Shown here: piece after piece, positions 41,003 through 53,269 of the stretch
Layout of the letters: the number at the start of each line of letters is the position of its first letter
How positions within the stretch are numbered: position 1 is the first letter of the stretch
Assembly: GCA_016218965.1 (NCBI GenBank)
Contig: JACRCP010000150.1
Location: 12,316 to 76,315 of the forward strand
Direction: 5' to 3'
DNA length: 64,000 nt
Origin: Deltaproteobacteria bacterium
GTDB lineage: Bacteria; Myxococcota; SpSt-1050; JACRCP01
Position numbers and translations under genes: made by a program
Notes under the pieces: generated by a model
What the model was told of the DNA's origin: nothing
The model's input: only the letters and a program-made list of their open reading frames with translations
Database searches by the model: none

Positions 41003-43024
41003 ATGCCGCAGGATCTGTCCGCCAAACCCCCGCCGGAAGACAGCCCGGGCAATCGCGCGCCCGCCGAGCCTCCCGGCCCCCTGGACCGGCTCAAGACGAT
41101 CCTCTTCGGCCCGGCGCGTGACATCCGCGACAAGTCAATCTTCCACCGGCTGGCGCTGGTGCCCGTCCTCGCGTGGGTCGGGTTGGGGGCCGACGGCCTC
41201 TCTTCGTCCTCGTACGGACCGGAAGAGGCGTTCCGCACGCTGGGCAGGCACACATATCTCGCCCTGGGCATCGCGGCGCTGATGACCGTCACGATCCTGC
41301 TCATCTCGGCGGCGTACAGCCGGATAATCGAGGAGTTCCCCCACGGCGGCGGGGGGTACGTCGTCGCAAGCAAACTCCTGGGCGCCCGCGCAGGGGTCGT
41401 GTCAGGCTCCGCCCTTGTCGTGGACTACGTGCTCACGATCTCGGTTTCGGTCGCGGCCTCGACCGATGCCATGTTTTCTTTTCTCCCGCCGCAATGGCTC
41501 CCGTACAAGCTGTGGGCCGCCGCCGCCGCAATCATCGTTCTTTCGGTCCTCAACATCCGCGGCGTTCGCGAGTCGATCCTCGTGCTGGCGCCCATCTTCG
41601 TCCTCTTTCTGGCGACACACGTGGTTCTGATTGCCGGAGGCCTTGCCATGAACGTTCCGGCGACGGCGGAGGCCGCAGGACGGGCGGCAGCCGATTTCCG
41701 CGGCGGACTCGCGACCCTGGGTGCGGGCGGGATGCTGCTGCTTTTCCTCCACGCGTATTCGATGGGCGGCGGGACGTACACCGGAATCGAGGCGGTGGCG
41801 AACGGCCTTTCGATCCTGCGCGAGCCCAAGGTCCAGACGGGCAAACGCACAATGGCATACATGGCCGTCTCGCTCGCGGCCACCGCGTCCGGTCTCATGG
41901 TCTTGTATCTCCTTCTCGGCGTCACTCCGGTCGAGGGGAAGACGATGAACGCCGTACTCGCCGAGAGCTTCGCCGGCCCGTCAACGCTCGGGCGGTCCTT
42001 TGTGGTCGCGATCCTTCTGGCCGAGGCGGCCCTGCTTGTCGTCGCGGCCCAAGCCGGGTTCATGGGCGGCCCGGCGGTCCTCGCGAACATGGCCATGGAC
42101 TATTGGGTCCCGCGAAGGTTCTCGTCGCTCTCCGACCGCCTGACCACCCGGAACGGGATCGTCCTGATGGGTGCGGCCTCGCTGGCCTCGCTCATCTACA
42201 CTGGCGGCAGCGTCCGGCACCTGGTCGTCATGTACAGCATCAATGTGTTCCTGACCTTTTCGATGTCGATGTTCGGAATGGCGCGGATGCTCGGTTCGCA
42301 CCGAGGGCAGCGCGCGAACTGGAGGCGCCGGTTTACGCTGTTCGCGTTCGGGTTTCTTATGTGTGCAACCATCCTCGGCGTCACGGTCGTCGAGAAGTTC
42401 CCCGAAGGCGGCTGGCTCACGCTTGCCGTGACCGGAGGTCTGGTCATGTTGTGCCTCGTGATCCGCCGCCACTACCGCATGGTGGCGTCGAAGCTTTCGG
42501 AGCTCGACGTGCTTCTCACCACTGCGCCGCGCCACCCCGATACCGCGCCGACGGAAACCGATCCGGATGCGCCGACGGCGGCGGTCCTCGTGGCGGGCTA
42601 CGGCGGCCTCGGCGTGCACACGGTGCTCAACATCGTCAGGATGTTCCCCGGGCATTACAGGAACGTCGTCTTCCTGTCGGTGGGCGAGATCGGGTCCGGG
42701 GCGTTCAAGGGCGAGCGCTCGATTGACGAGCTCGCCGCGCGAGCAGAGGCATCGCTCGCGAAGTACCGCTCGCTCGCCAAGGGGATGGGCCTTGGCACCC
42801 AGTCGCGGCTCGCGCTGGGCACCGACGTGGTGGAGGAGGCCGAGAAGCTCTGCCTCGCCGTGTCGCGCGAGTTTCCCAAGGTCACCTTCTTCGCGGGCAA
42901 GGTCATCTTTGAGCGCGAGCGGTGGTGGCACCGCATACTCCACAACGACATGGGATTCGTGCTACAAAAGCGTTTGCAGTGGGATGGACACACGATGGTG
43001 ATAGTACCCGCGAAAGTTGCTTGA
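41003..43024 (+). CDS. APC-superfamily amino acid/polyamine permease with a C-terminal cytoplasmic domain.
   Basis: About 12 predicted TM helices. ATG at 41003 with a GGAGG RBS. 673 aa. Confidence 0.6.
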   Translation: MPQDLSAKPPPEDSPGNRAPAEPPGPLDRLKTILFGPARDIRDKSIFHRLALVPVLAWVGLGADGLSSSSYGPEEAFRTLGRHTYLALGIAALMTVTILLISAAYSRIIEEFPHGGGGYVVASKLLGARAGVVSGSALVVDYVLTISVSVAASTDAMFSFLPPQWLPYKLWAAAAAIIVLSVLNIRGVRESILVLAPIFVLFLATHVVLIAGGLAMNVPATAEAAGRAAADFRGGLATLGAGGMLLLFLHAYSMGGGTYTGIEAVANGLSILREPKVQTGKRTMAYMAVSLAATASGLMVLYLLLGVTPVEGKTMNAVLAESFAGPSTLGRSFVVAILLAEAALLVVAAQAGFMGGPAVLANMAMDYWVPRRFSSLSDRLTTRNGIVLMGAASLASLIYTGGSVRHLVVMYSINVFLTFSMSMFGMARMLGSHRGQRANWRRRFTLFAFGFLMCATILGVTVVEKFPEGGWLTLAVTGGLVMLCLVIRRHYRMVASKLSELDVLLTTAPRHPDTAPTETDPDAPTAAVLVAGYGGLGVHTVLNIVRMFPGHYRNVVFLSVGEIGSGAFKGERSIDELAARAEASLAKYRSLAKGMGLGTQSRLALGTDVVEEAEKLCLAVSREFPKVTFFAGKVIFERERWWHRILHNDMGFVLQKRLQWDGHTMVIVPAKVA

Positions 43025-43037
43025 GAGGTGAGAAAGG

Positions 43038-45518
43038 ATGATGACGCGCGCATTGATGGTCGGGGCGGTGGCACTCCTGATCGCCGGAACGGCGTGCGGG
43101 GACCGGAGCGTCGACGTGGGCCCCACCGACGCAGGCGTCCACGATGCGTCCGAGTTGTCAGACGGGTCCGACCTGTCCGACGGTTCCGCGCCCGACGCCG
43201 GCGCGCTCCCCGACACGGTCTACTGGAAACAGCCGGACGTGCTTACGCTTGACGACCCGTTCTACGCGTCACACCCCGCCGTCTTCGGCAGGATGGGCCG
43301 GCACGTCACGCACGTCAAGGGCGAGCCGCGGCCTGACGCCCGGCATCGCGGGTCTTTCGGCACGGGAAACGGACGCGTTTTCGGGTTCGTGGGTCTCGAC
43401 TATCCCTTGAACACGCTCCACAGTCTGGTCGGCCCCACGTACGAGAAAAAAAACGAGAGGTTCTTCGGAGACTACCGGATCTTCCTGCGCGATGCTGGCA
43501 GCGACGATCTTCCGGATTTCCAAGAGGAATGGGCGGCCCGAAGCCTTTCGGCCCCGGTCCTCGTGACGCGCGGGGTCCGCGGCGGACTCGAGCTCGACAC
43601 CGTGGACTTCGCGGCGGCCGCCGACGGACCTCTTGGGACGTGCTTCGTTCGGCTGTTGAATGTGAGGAACCGGGGGACGACGGCCTCCCCGGCGCTCGAG
43701 ATCGTGGTGGATCCCCACAACGCGGTCTCATCCCCCGAAACCGGCGTCATCGTCGAGGCGGCCGAGGGGCGGGGCCTCACGACGAGATTCACCCTGCCCG
43801 GGGCGGAGGTCCGGAAGAGCCGCCTCATCAAGAACATCGGCGAGCTCGCCCCCGGCGCGGTGCACACGACGGCCCTTCTCCACTGCACAAAGGAAAACCA
43901 CGAGGCCGCCGCCGCTCTGGAGTTCGATCCCGGAAACGCGCTCGAAGAGGCCGCGGCGGCCTACCGGACGTGGGAGGCGGGCCTGGTCCAGTTCGATCTG
44001 CCGGACCCGATGGTTGCGGACTTCCTGGACGGCATGAAGATGACCCTCAAGGTCCAGACGGCCGCGACCGGCGCCTCGTGCCCGATGTCGGAATACACGA
44101 GGACGTGGACGCGCGACAACATCGGGCCGGCTCTAGCGTGGCTCGACCTCGGCGCCTTCGAAGATGCCGCGGTCATGATGGACTACATCTACGGTGCCAC
44201 GGTTCTGGAGGGCGACCTCCAGAACTCGTACGACGCCGACCTCGACCTGTCCGTGCTCCCCCCCGAGCCCGACTGGATCTCGATGCCGGCCATGATCGGA
44301 AAGACCGCGGCCGAAGGGCCGAGCTACAACGTCATCACGTACGGCCGGCACTTCCGGCACACCGGCGACGTTTCGCGCGCCGCCGCCCGGTTTGGATTCC
44401 TTTGGCGCTGCCTCTTCGGCCAGGGGTTCGGCGATTTCAAGCTCCTGCCGTATTCGGGGGACGAAACGTACCGGGCCGCGATGAACGCCGCGTTCGGGCT
44501 GCCGCTCGAGTTCCCGCACCACGAGAAGTCCTTCTCGGTCAACTCGTCTCTTCTGTGGCTGGGAGCCGCGGGCGAATTCCAACGGCTTGCGAAGGCCGTC
44601 GGCAGAGACGACGATGCCGAGCTGGCCCGCATCGCATCGGTCGAGGTCCAGGCCGGGACGATGGACCATTTCCTGCTGCCGGACGGGTGCCTGAGCGCGT
44701 TCGTGGACCGCGAAACGATGGATGCGTGGCCCGAGCCGTTCGAGGACGAGGCCCTGCAGGTCACGTGGAGCGGCTGGAAGGACGGCGACGACGATCTCGC
44801 GCGCTCGTCGCTCGGTTGCCTGATAGGCCGGCTGAGGCGCGAGCCGGGCGTGCTGATGAGCAAGCTCGACCCGAAGTACACTGACTGGTTCAACAACGCG
44901 AAGAAGGGGGTCTATACCGGGATGCTCCCGGGCTACACCCTCTCGGGCCTCGCCGAGATCGGCCACCCCGAGGCCGAGGCGGCGTTCAATTTCGCCGGGA
45001 GGAGCATCGACACGTCCGGGAACTTGCCGGAGTATTTGATCTACGACGATTTCTCGGGCCTCACGATCATCTACGACCCCGCAGGCGGGATTGGCGACTA
45101 CACCGCCAAGTTCAGACCGTGGGAGGGCGGGATCGTCTTCGATGCGGTTTTCAAGTACCTGACCGGTTTCGCCCCGGATGCCTTGGCAAAAACGATTTCC
45201 TTCCGGCCGCACCTTCCCAACGGCTGGCCGCAGGCGGCGTACCGGAACCTCCGCGTCGGCGAAGACCGGTTCGATCTTGAGTTGACGGGAACCGGCGCCG
45301 CTTCGGCGGAGATCAAGATCGTCTCGCGCGCCGCCACGGACTACTCGGTGTCATTGAGATGGGACGCCATGGGCGGAACGAAACCCGCGTTCGAGATCGA
45401 CGGGACGGCCATCGCCGAAAGGGATGTGATCAGACGCGCGCACTTCGGCGCGGTGTCGGGCGAGACGTCCTTGACCCTGCCGGCAGGCTCCACAAGCACC
45501 GCAACGGTGCGGTGGTGA
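43038..45518 (+). CDS. Secreted lipoprotein, possibly a GH15-like (alpha/alpha)6 glycoside hydrolase.
   Basis: Lipobox (LLIAGTACG). 'TWTRDNIGPALAW' resembles the glucoamylase WxRxxRDGPALRA region. The call is weak. Confidence 0.35.
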   Translation: MMTRALMVGAVALLIAGTACGDRSVDVGPTDAGVHDASELSDGSDLSDGSAPDAGALPDTVYWKQPDVLTLDDPFYASHPAVFGRMGRHVTHVKGEPRPDARHRGSFGTGNGRVFGFVGLDYPLNTLHSLVGPTYEKKNERFFGDYRIFLRDAGSDDLPDFQEEWAARSLSAPVLVTRGVRGGLELDTVDFAAAADGPLGTCFVRLLNVRNRGTTASPALEIVVDPHNAVSSPETGVIVEAAEGRGLTTRFTLPGAEVRKSRLIKNIGELAPGAVHTTALLHCTKENHEAAAALEFDPGNALEEAAAAYRTWEAGLVQFDLPDPMVADFLDGMKMTLKVQTAATGASCPMSEYTRTWTRDNIGPALAWLDLGAFEDAAVMMDYIYGATVLEGDLQNSYDADLDLSVLPPEPDWISMPAMIGKTAAEGPSYNVITYGRHFRHTGDVSRAAARFGFLWRCLFGQGFGDFKLLPYSGDETYRAAMNAAFGLPLEFPHHEKSFSVNSSLLWLGAAGEFQRLAKAVGRDDDAELARIASVEVQAGTMDHFLLPDGCLSAFVDRETMDAWPEPFEDEALQVTWSGWKDGDDDLARSSLGCLIGRLRREPGVLMSKLDPKYTDWFNNAKKGVYTGMLPGYTLSGLAEIGHPEAEAAFNFAGRSIDTSGNLPEYLIYDDFSGLTIIYDPAGGIGDYTAKFRPWEGGIVFDAVFKYLTGFAPDALAKTISFRPHLPNGWPQAAYRNLRVGEDRFDLELTGTGAASAEIKIVSRAATDYSVSLRWDAMGGTKPAFEIDGTAIAERDVIRRAHFGAVSGETSLTLPAGSTSTATVRW

Positions 45519-45552
45519 CCCTGCCGCGCCACGATTGCCGAAAGCGGACCGC

Positions 45553-45975
45553 TCACGCCTTGAGGACGAGGTAGACGATCAGACCGACGATGCCGGCCAT
45601 GACGATGCCGGCCAGGAGGCAGCCGGTGATGACGGTGCTGACCGCCGTGCGGACGGTGTTCTGGACGACGCCGCCGAGATTCACGGCCTGCCCGACCTGG
45701 CCCATGATCTGCCCCATGTCCCGCGCGGTGTTCGTCTGCTCGGGACGGATGTACTGCGCCTCCTTGCGGCGCTTCTCCTCTTCCTCGCGCTCGCGCCTTT
45801 CGCGCTCTTCGGCGAGGCGCCGCTCGCGCTCCTCGTGGAGCTTCTGGCGTTCTTCCTTTGAGAGCTTGACCTCGAGCGCGTTGCCGCAGAACTCGCAGGT
45901 AACGTGCGTCTGTCCCGGCGCCGGCGAAAGCGGCGCCCCGCAGTTGGGGCATTCCTTCTGTTCGACGTCCGCCAC
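45553..45975 (-). CDS. Zinc-ribbon protein with a charged coiled-coil and a C-terminal TM helix.
   Basis: CPNCGAP...CEFCG zinc ribbon, an ERERR-rich helix, and a C-terminal hydrophobic segment. GTG start with a GGAGGG RBS. Confidence 0.4.
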   Translation of the reverse strand: MADVEQKECPNCGAPLSPAPGQTHVTCEFCGNALEVKLSKEERQKLHEERERRLAEERERREREEEEKRRKEAQYIRPEQTNTARDMGQIMGQVGQAVNLGGVVQNTVRTAVSTVITGCLLAGIVMAGIVGLIVYLVLKA

Positions 45976-46101
45976 GCGATGTCCCTCCTATCCGGCACCC
46001 GGCAACGCCAGGTAAACCACAGAGATCACAGAGTGAGTCAGTCCCGGTCGTTGTGTGAAGAGTGCCTGCGTCGCAAGAAACCCTGATCTCCGACAGTCCG
46101 G

Positions 46102-48396
46102 TCACTGCTTCACGTACACGTCCTCGGGCAGTTTGGTCCGGTACGTCGCATCGATGTGGTCGATCAGGTCCAGCACCGAGCTTTCGTACTTCATCACCGC
46201 CGCGGACGTCGGATCGCCGTAACGGTCCGTCGTCATGTCAAGATAGAAAGTCCCGCCGTTGCACTCCCGCTCGGGAAACTCCGCCTTGGGCACCGGCCTC
46301 TCGACGCCGCCTTCGCCCACGCACCGGTACATGCTTCCGTCATCGGGGTCCCCCACGCACGCGCACTCGCGGGCCCCCGTCGCCTTGTTGATGAGACAGC
46401 ATTTCCCGTCGGGGTAGATGATGATGAATTTGGGGATCTTCCCGTCGGCCATGTAGCCCTGAAAGATGACGGCCGACGCACCCATATCGCCGGGATCCAT
46501 ACCGTATCCGTGCATGAAATAGATCACGGGGTAGCGTTTCTCCGCGTTGGCGGGGTCGTCGTACCCGGGCGGGAGCGAGATCGTGAATCGCCGCCAGGCG
46601 TCCATGCTGGGCGAATGGAACCATGTGTTCCTCGTAAGCCCGGCGAGCGTCCCGGTGTGCGGTTTTCGGTCGCCCCGGGGCCACCGCTTGGCGGCAAACG
46701 TGAACCACGTGAGGAACCGGTTGACCGCCTGCGGGATGGTCCCCACGTGCCCGCCGTCGCCGTCCTTGATTGCCTTCTGGCTCGCATCGGGCAGGCCGTA
46801 CAGGAGAAGGACGTTTTTTCCGAACACGTCGCGCGAAAAATCGATCTCCGTCACCAGGTTCATGAAGTCGCCTTCGTCGTCGGTGTCGGGGACCATCGCC
46901 CCCGGAAGCCCGACGAAGTGGTCGTAGACCGTGAACGGCAGCCCCGCCGCACGCAGCCGCCCGACCGTGTTGAGCGACCCGACGGCACTGTTGAAGACGT
47001 CCCTTATCCCGCCGTCGATGTAGATGTCCACGCGGTCGATCGCGGCCGGGTCGGCGGCGAGGCGCGTCATGTAGTTGATGGCGATGTCGTGCTCGAGCCA
47101 GTTCTTGACGCTTGGCGAGTAGTCGTATCGTCCGTTCGCCTCGCCGTAGTCGGCCGGCGCGGCGGCCGCCCCCCCCGCCGCCACACCGTCCAATCCGAAA
47201 TCGTCGTACGGCTCGCCCGTCTCGAAGAGCCAGTTGGCCTCGGTGCCGGCCCCGTTCTTCTCCCAGTCGTAGTCGTCATGGTTCGGGTCGCGGTTGTTGA
47301 CGGCGTCCCAGGGCCTTTCACATTTGCCCGCCTCGAAATCGCCGCCCGGACAGCAGCCGCCCTTCCCGTCCTCGGTGAGGTTGAAGCAGCCGTCGGCGCC
47401 GGTGTCGCTGAACCGCTCGCCGAAGTTCACCACCACCGGTTCCGCGTAGTCGCGCACGCCGTTCCGGTTGTAGTCCACGGCGGCAAGCACGATGGCCGGC
47501 CGGTCGTGGGCCGTGTAGTACGGATCATACGAACCCTTGAGCGTCCAGTAGTCCGGGTTGTTCTTGCCGCACTTCTGCTGTTCGCCGTGCCAGCAGCCGA
47601 CCGGCTCCTCGCCGTCGCAGAAAAAGACCAGCGGGTACTCACACTGCGGATTGTACTCGCGGTTGCAGTTGTAGGGCGGCGTGTCGATCGTGAGCGCGTG
47701 CCCCGGCTGGCACCGGTGGGGGTCGCTGAGCCACGCGTGGAACTGCGGGAGCGTCACGCCCGACGGGAGGTAGGGGCTCGCCTCGTTGTAGAAGTACGCG
47801 TTCCCAAGCCCCATCGAAAGGTCCTGGAAGATCTCTATCGCGTCGGTGCGGTCGAACTCGGCGCTGTAGTCGGCGAAGAACCAGTGGTTGAAGTCCTCGG
47901 GGTGTTCGTACGTCAGTCCGTGGTACGTCTGGTCGGGCGCTACGGGGCCGCAGTAGATGTGCGGGTTGTTGTCGGGGTCGTTGGCGTCGGCGAGGTTGTC
48001 GAGGATCTGCTGCATGGGACAGAACCCCGAAAGCTTGCGGTCCTTGACCATGTGGAGGAGATAGACCATGTCGATGTAGCCCCCGAGGGCGCCGACGAGG
48101 TCGAACTTGTCGGGGTGCCGGCCGCCGATGAAACCCGTGGCGCACGCGCCCATGGAAACCCCCGAGATGGCACGGTACGTGAAGTGCCTGAGCACCCCGC
48201 CGTCGGTCGGCTCCTCGTCGTCGTCCCCGCCGCCCGCCCCAGCGTCGCCCGCCTGCCCGCCCGTGTCCGGCGGCGCGCCGTCCAGCCCCCCGTCGGCCCC
48301 CTGCGCCGAAGGCGGCAGGATCTCGTTTTCGAGACAGCCGCCCAGGGCGAGGACGGAGCACGCCAGAAAGAAGAGTCCGACTCGGTTTCGTGCCAT
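46102..48396 (-). CDS. Large lipoprotein with alpha/beta-hydrolase (esterase) signatures.
   Basis: Lipobox (VLALGGC). 'GVSMGA' is a GxSxG nucleophile elbow. The later 'YPVIYFMHGYG' is an esterase-family N-motif. ATG at 48396. Confidence 0.45.
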   Translation of the reverse strand: MARNRVGLFFLACSVLALGGCLENEILPPSAQGADGGLDGAPPDTGGQAGDAGAGGGDDDEEPTDGGVLRHFTYRAISGVSMGACATGFIGGRHPDKFDLVGALGGYIDMVYLLHMVKDRKLSGFCPMQQILDNLADANDPDNNPHIYCGPVAPDQTYHGLTYEHPEDFNHWFFADYSAEFDRTDAIEIFQDLSMGLGNAYFYNEASPYLPSGVTLPQFHAWLSDPHRCQPGHALTIDTPPYNCNREYNPQCEYPLVFFCDGEEPVGCWHGEQQKCGKNNPDYWTLKGSYDPYYTAHDRPAIVLAAVDYNRNGVRDYAEPVVVNFGERFSDTGADGCFNLTEDGKGGCCPGGDFEAGKCERPWDAVNNRDPNHDDYDWEKNGAGTEANWLFETGEPYDDFGLDGVAAGGAAAAPADYGEANGRYDYSPSVKNWLEHDIAINYMTRLAADPAAIDRVDIYIDGGIRDVFNSAVGSLNTVGRLRAAGLPFTVYDHFVGLPGAMVPDTDDEGDFMNLVTEIDFSRDVFGKNVLLLYGLPDASQKAIKDGDGGHVGTIPQAVNRFLTWFTFAAKRWPRGDRKPHTGTLAGLTRNTWFHSPSMDAWRRFTISLPPGYDDPANAEKRYPVIYFMHGYGMDPGDMGASAVIFQGYMADGKIPKFIIIYPDGKCCLINKATGARECACVGDPDDGSMYRCVGEGGVERPVPKAEFPERECNGGTFYLDMTTDRYGDPTSAAVMKYESSVLDLIDHIDATYRTKLPEDVYVKQ

Positions 48397-48412
48397 AGGT
48401 TACCCCAAAGTG

Positions 48413-51088
48413 TCACTTCACCGGCGCGTCGAAGGCACCGTTGCCGTCTACGTCGGCGAAGATTGGGTTTGTGAACGCGAACGACCTTGCGCTTTGCACG
48501 GGCTCGCGCCCGCGGTCACCGGAAACCAGCACCACGTACCACGTGTCGGCCGCGGGCGTGAACGGAAGCACGCCGTCGAACCTGACGACCGGGTTCTGCG
48601 GGTCGGCCGTCGTGTCGTCGAGCGCCTGGACGTGGACCTCCTCGCCGTTTGCCACAACTTTGAGGGTGTTCACGTCCATCCACGACGGGGCCTGGACCTT
48701 GATCGCAAGGTCCACCTGCCCCCCGGAAACCGCGGCGACCTCCCCGAACGTCTTGCCGCCTATTGAGGCCGTGACGAAAGGCCCCGTGCTCACGATCATC
48801 TTCATGGCCCGGGAGTTCCGGGCAAGCTCCAAAACGTCGAACGCACCCGGCGAGTCCGTCCCCGAGGCGATCCAGTTCCGCACCGTGCCGACGGACCCCA
48901 AAAGGTCGTGGACATCCGAGCCGGACGACCCGACAAAGCGGTGACCGCGGTTCAAGAAAGAGTACCAGTCGGGCAGGGTCTCTTTGAGCGCCGTGTCTAT
49001 CCCGCCGCCGTTGATGATCTCGATGAGATCGAACTGCTCCGACCAGTTGTCGGGCTTTTCAAACGACCCGGCCGCGCGGTCGTAGCCCACCGCGCTGAAG
49101 TAGCCGCCGATCGACTGCGTGCGCGGGTGGTTGACCTGCACGACCGGCTGGCCCGGGTACGCCGCCATCTCGGCCAGGAGCTCGGGCGCCATTTTTTCGT
49201 ACCAAACAAATGCGCCGTCGTTGACCGCGGCGGGCGCCGGGACGAGCGGCCACGCGTTGAAGTGGCCGTAGACGTAGGTCGTGATCTCCGAGCCCACAAT
49301 CGGATGCACCCACCCCGTGACGCCCAAAACCTCGGCCGCCGGCGTCCAGTCCTTGATGAAGTCGTGCTCGGTCGCAACCGGCGCCTCGACCCCTTCGGCC
49401 GCCGCGGAGGCCACACGATCGGTAAACGGCACGTCGCTGTCGGGGCTTGCCAGGGCATGGATATGGAAGTCGCTCGAGACATAGCCGATCGTGTCGACTG
49501 CGCGCGCAAGCGCCGCCTGAACGCCGACGGTCTGCCCCGTGGCCAGCGCGAAATCCTGCTCGTTTATCTCGTATTCGAAGCCGCGCCCGACCGTGACGGT
49601 GTACGTGCCCGCCGGCAACTCGACGCGGCCGCTTCCGGTCGCCGAGTACGCCACCCATTGATGGCCCGAGTCCCACACCTGTTCGCCGAACCCGGGTCCG
49701 GGCACTACCCGCCCCTCGTGACGGTCGAAAGCCAGCTTGGCCGGCATCGCCGCCCCGCCATCGCCGGTCACCGCGAACTCTACCGCGCCCGCGCCGGGAA
49801 GGACGAGATCGCGGGCCGCATCCTGCCCGGCCGAAACGGTCACCGCCTCGCCCGCCGCGAAATCGTGGCCGTCGGCAAACGGGACAAGCCGGTACTCGCC
49901 CGCGGGGACCTCGACCGAGGAAGCCCCGTCCGCGCCCGCGACGGTCTGCGTGGCGTGGTTCTTCCCGGCGGCGCCGGCGTTGTCGAGAACGTGGATGCGG
50001 GCGCCCGGCACGGGGGTCACGCCGTCGGCCGCAAGGACCTTGCCCGCCACGCGGCCGAGGCCCGCGGTCCCGGCCCACTTGTTGTATGCGCGCAGGACGG
50101 AATCCGCCCCGCCGCCGCCAATGGCGATGAAACGCCTGAACTCGAGAACTTCCTTGGGATTCGCATGAAGGTCGGCGACGGTCGAGAACACCATCCCCTC
50201 GTACCGGAGGAGCACGGTCATGTCCCCGTCCTCGCCGAAGAAGCCGTACGAAACCTCGTTTCCGGCAAGCACGACAAGCGGCAGCTTGTTCTTCACCGCC
50301 TCCGCGTCGAACCCGCTCCCCGTCGCGAAGTACTTGAGCCCGTCGCCCATGAAGAACGCGTGGAAGTTGTTGACAAGGTCCACCGGGCGCTTGCCGCCGT
50401 AGGCGAAGCTCGTGCGGACCTCCAGGACGTCCGAATCGGGGGCGAGGACGTAGTCGGTCGTGATCGTCGTTTCGAGCGGCGTGTCCTCGAGCACCTGGCC
50501 AAACGGCGTGGTCTCGATGAACGGAAGCCCCTTGTCGGGTCCCACAGCGCGGATCACGGCGGGCTGGCCTTCTCCGCCGTCGTTTATTGCTTCGACCGAC
50601 TCGGGGTCCAGAAGCCTCACGCCGAACCCGAAGAAGTACTCGCCAAAGAGGCCCTGCCCCGGATCTTCGGGCGCGCGCACAATGTCCGCATCGGCGATTG
50701 TGCCGCCGTAGACCCCCCAACCGTCCGAGGGCCGCGCGCCTTCGATGACGACGCGTATCTTGGAGTTGTATATCTTGAAATCCCCGACCTGCCCCTTCGG
50801 CAGCGCCCCGCCAATCAGCTCGTCGTCGCGCGTGATCCTGCCCGCGCGGACCTCGCCCGGCCCCATGGGCACCGTCAGGTCGAGCGGCGGTTGGCCGGCG
50901 TCGCCGTCGTTCCCGATGTCCCCGCTCCCCGCGTCCGCGGGTCCGCCGGTGTCTGCCATCGTCCCTGTATCCGAAATCCCGGCGTCCTGAGATTCATCCG
51001 CCGGCTTGTCGCCTCCGTCGCCGCACGCGAGCATCCCTCCCGAACACACGAACACAAAACAAACGAGGGCGCGCAACGTAATGTTCAT
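48413..51088 (-). CDS. Large secreted PHP-domain (metal-dependent phosphoesterase-like) protein.
   Basis: ATG at 51088 with a GGGAGG RBS. Signal peptide (ALVCFVFVCSGGMLAC). 'SDFHIHALASPDSDV...ATEHDF' is a PHP-like His/Asp cluster. Confidence 0.45.
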   Translation of the reverse strand: MNITLRALVCFVFVCSGGMLACGDGGDKPADESQDAGISDTGTMADTGGPADAGSGDIGNDGDAGQPPLDLTVPMGPGEVRAGRITRDDELIGGALPKGQVGDFKIYNSKIRVVIEGARPSDGWGVYGGTIADADIVRAPEDPGQGLFGEYFFGFGVRLLDPESVEAINDGGEGQPAVIRAVGPDKGLPFIETTPFGQVLEDTPLETTITTDYVLAPDSDVLEVRTSFAYGGKRPVDLVNNFHAFFMGDGLKYFATGSGFDAEAVKNKLPLVVLAGNEVSYGFFGEDGDMTVLLRYEGMVFSTVADLHANPKEVLEFRRFIAIGGGGADSVLRAYNKWAGTAGLGRVAGKVLAADGVTPVPGARIHVLDNAGAAGKNHATQTVAGADGASSVEVPAGEYRLVPFADGHDFAAGEAVTVSAGQDAARDLVLPGAGAVEFAVTGDGGAAMPAKLAFDRHEGRVVPGPGFGEQVWDSGHQWVAYSATGSGRVELPAGTYTVTVGRGFEYEINEQDFALATGQTVGVQAALARAVDTIGYVSSDFHIHALASPDSDVPFTDRVASAAAEGVEAPVATEHDFIKDWTPAAEVLGVTGWVHPIVGSEITTYVYGHFNAWPLVPAPAAVNDGAFVWYEKMAPELLAEMAAYPGQPVVQVNHPRTQSIGGYFSAVGYDRAAGSFEKPDNWSEQFDLIEIINGGGIDTALKETLPDWYSFLNRGHRFVGSSGSDVHDLLGSVGTVRNWIASGTDSPGAFDVLELARNSRAMKMIVSTGPFVTASIGGKTFGEVAAVSGGQVDLAIKVQAPSWMDVNTLKVVANGEEVHVQALDDTTADPQNPVVRFDGVLPFTPAADTWYVVLVSGDRGREPVQSARSFAFTNPIFADVDGNGAFDAPVK

Positions 51089-51131
51089 GTCAACCTCCCT
51101 GTCTTCGATCAAACGGGCAAAACCGCTCTGG

Positions 51132-52436
<1,305 letters not shown>

Positions 52437-52513
52437 TTACCCCCAAAAAGACGGGGAGCAAACGAATTCGGTCCTGTTTGCAGGCACCGCAGGCTCCGGG
52501 CGACCCGCGCGGA

Positions 52514-53269
52514 CTACAGCACCATCCTCCTCCGCATCAGGACGAACGGTACCGGCGCCAGGAGGGCCGCGACGCCAAAGAGATAGGCGAGGCTCCAAGG
52601 GATCGCGGCCAGGTCCCCGGCGGCGCAGGCGCGGCAGACGGCGACCAGGTGATACAGGGGCGTGAACCCGGCGGCGATCGAGACGAAAGCCGGCATCCCG
52701 TCGAGCGGAAAGAAGATGCCCGAGAACAGGAGCATCGGCGTGAGGAACAGCGTATAGAAGTAGTTGAAGCTGTCGATCCCGGGGACGACCGAAACGAACA
52801 CGACGCAGATCTCGGCCACCAAAAGCCCGCCCACGAACACCGCGGGGATGGCGACCACCACCAGCGGGGACTTCACGAGACCGAACGCCGAGATGACGAT
52901 CATGATGATGGTGCCGTAGAGCACGCTCTTGGATGCCCCCCACGCGATCTCCGCCGCGGTGATCTCATCCACGCCGATGGGCGTCGCCAGAATCCCGTCA
53001 AACGTCTTCTGAAACGTCATCCGTACGTACGTCCCGTAGGTGCACTCGTAGACCGCGGCGAAAACCGCCGACGAGGCTATCATCCCCGGCGCAATGAAAT
53101 TGACGTACGGCTGGCCCTTGATTTCGCTCACGAACCCCCCAAGGCCGAGCCCGAACGCGGCAAGATACAGAATCGGCTCGACGAAGTTGAGCACTATGCT
53201 CGACTTGTACAGCTTGGTGTACACCGTGAAGTTGCGCTGCCAGACCCGGAATGCGCCCTTAATCCGCAA
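52514..53269 (-). CDS. ABC-2 type exporter permease.
   Basis: Six TM helices, 251 aa. It overlaps the ATPase gene by 11 nt. Confidence 0.7.
   Translation of the reverse strand: MRIKGAFRVWQRNFTVYTKLYKSSIVLNFVEPILYLAAFGLGLGGFVSEIKGQPYVNFIAPGMIASSAVFAAVYECTYGTYVRMTFQKTFDGILATPIGVDEITAAEIAWGASKSVLYGTIIMIVISAFGLVKSPLVVVAIPAVFVGGLLVAEICVVFVSVVPGIDSFNYFYTLFLTPMLLFSGIFFPLDGMPAFVSIAAGFTPLYHLVAVCRACAAGDLAAIPWSLAYLFGVAALLAPVPFVLMRRRMVL

Noticed and set aside
41173-42726. 517-aa alternative-frame ORF inside the APC permease gene.
   Set aside because: Arg/Gly-rich nonsense. The permease frame shows 12 TM helices.
46156-48474. 772-aa plus-strand ORF antisense to the esterase lipoprotein gene.
   Set aside because: Extreme R/V/G composition and no start context. 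The minus-strand gene has a lipobox and hydrolase motifs.
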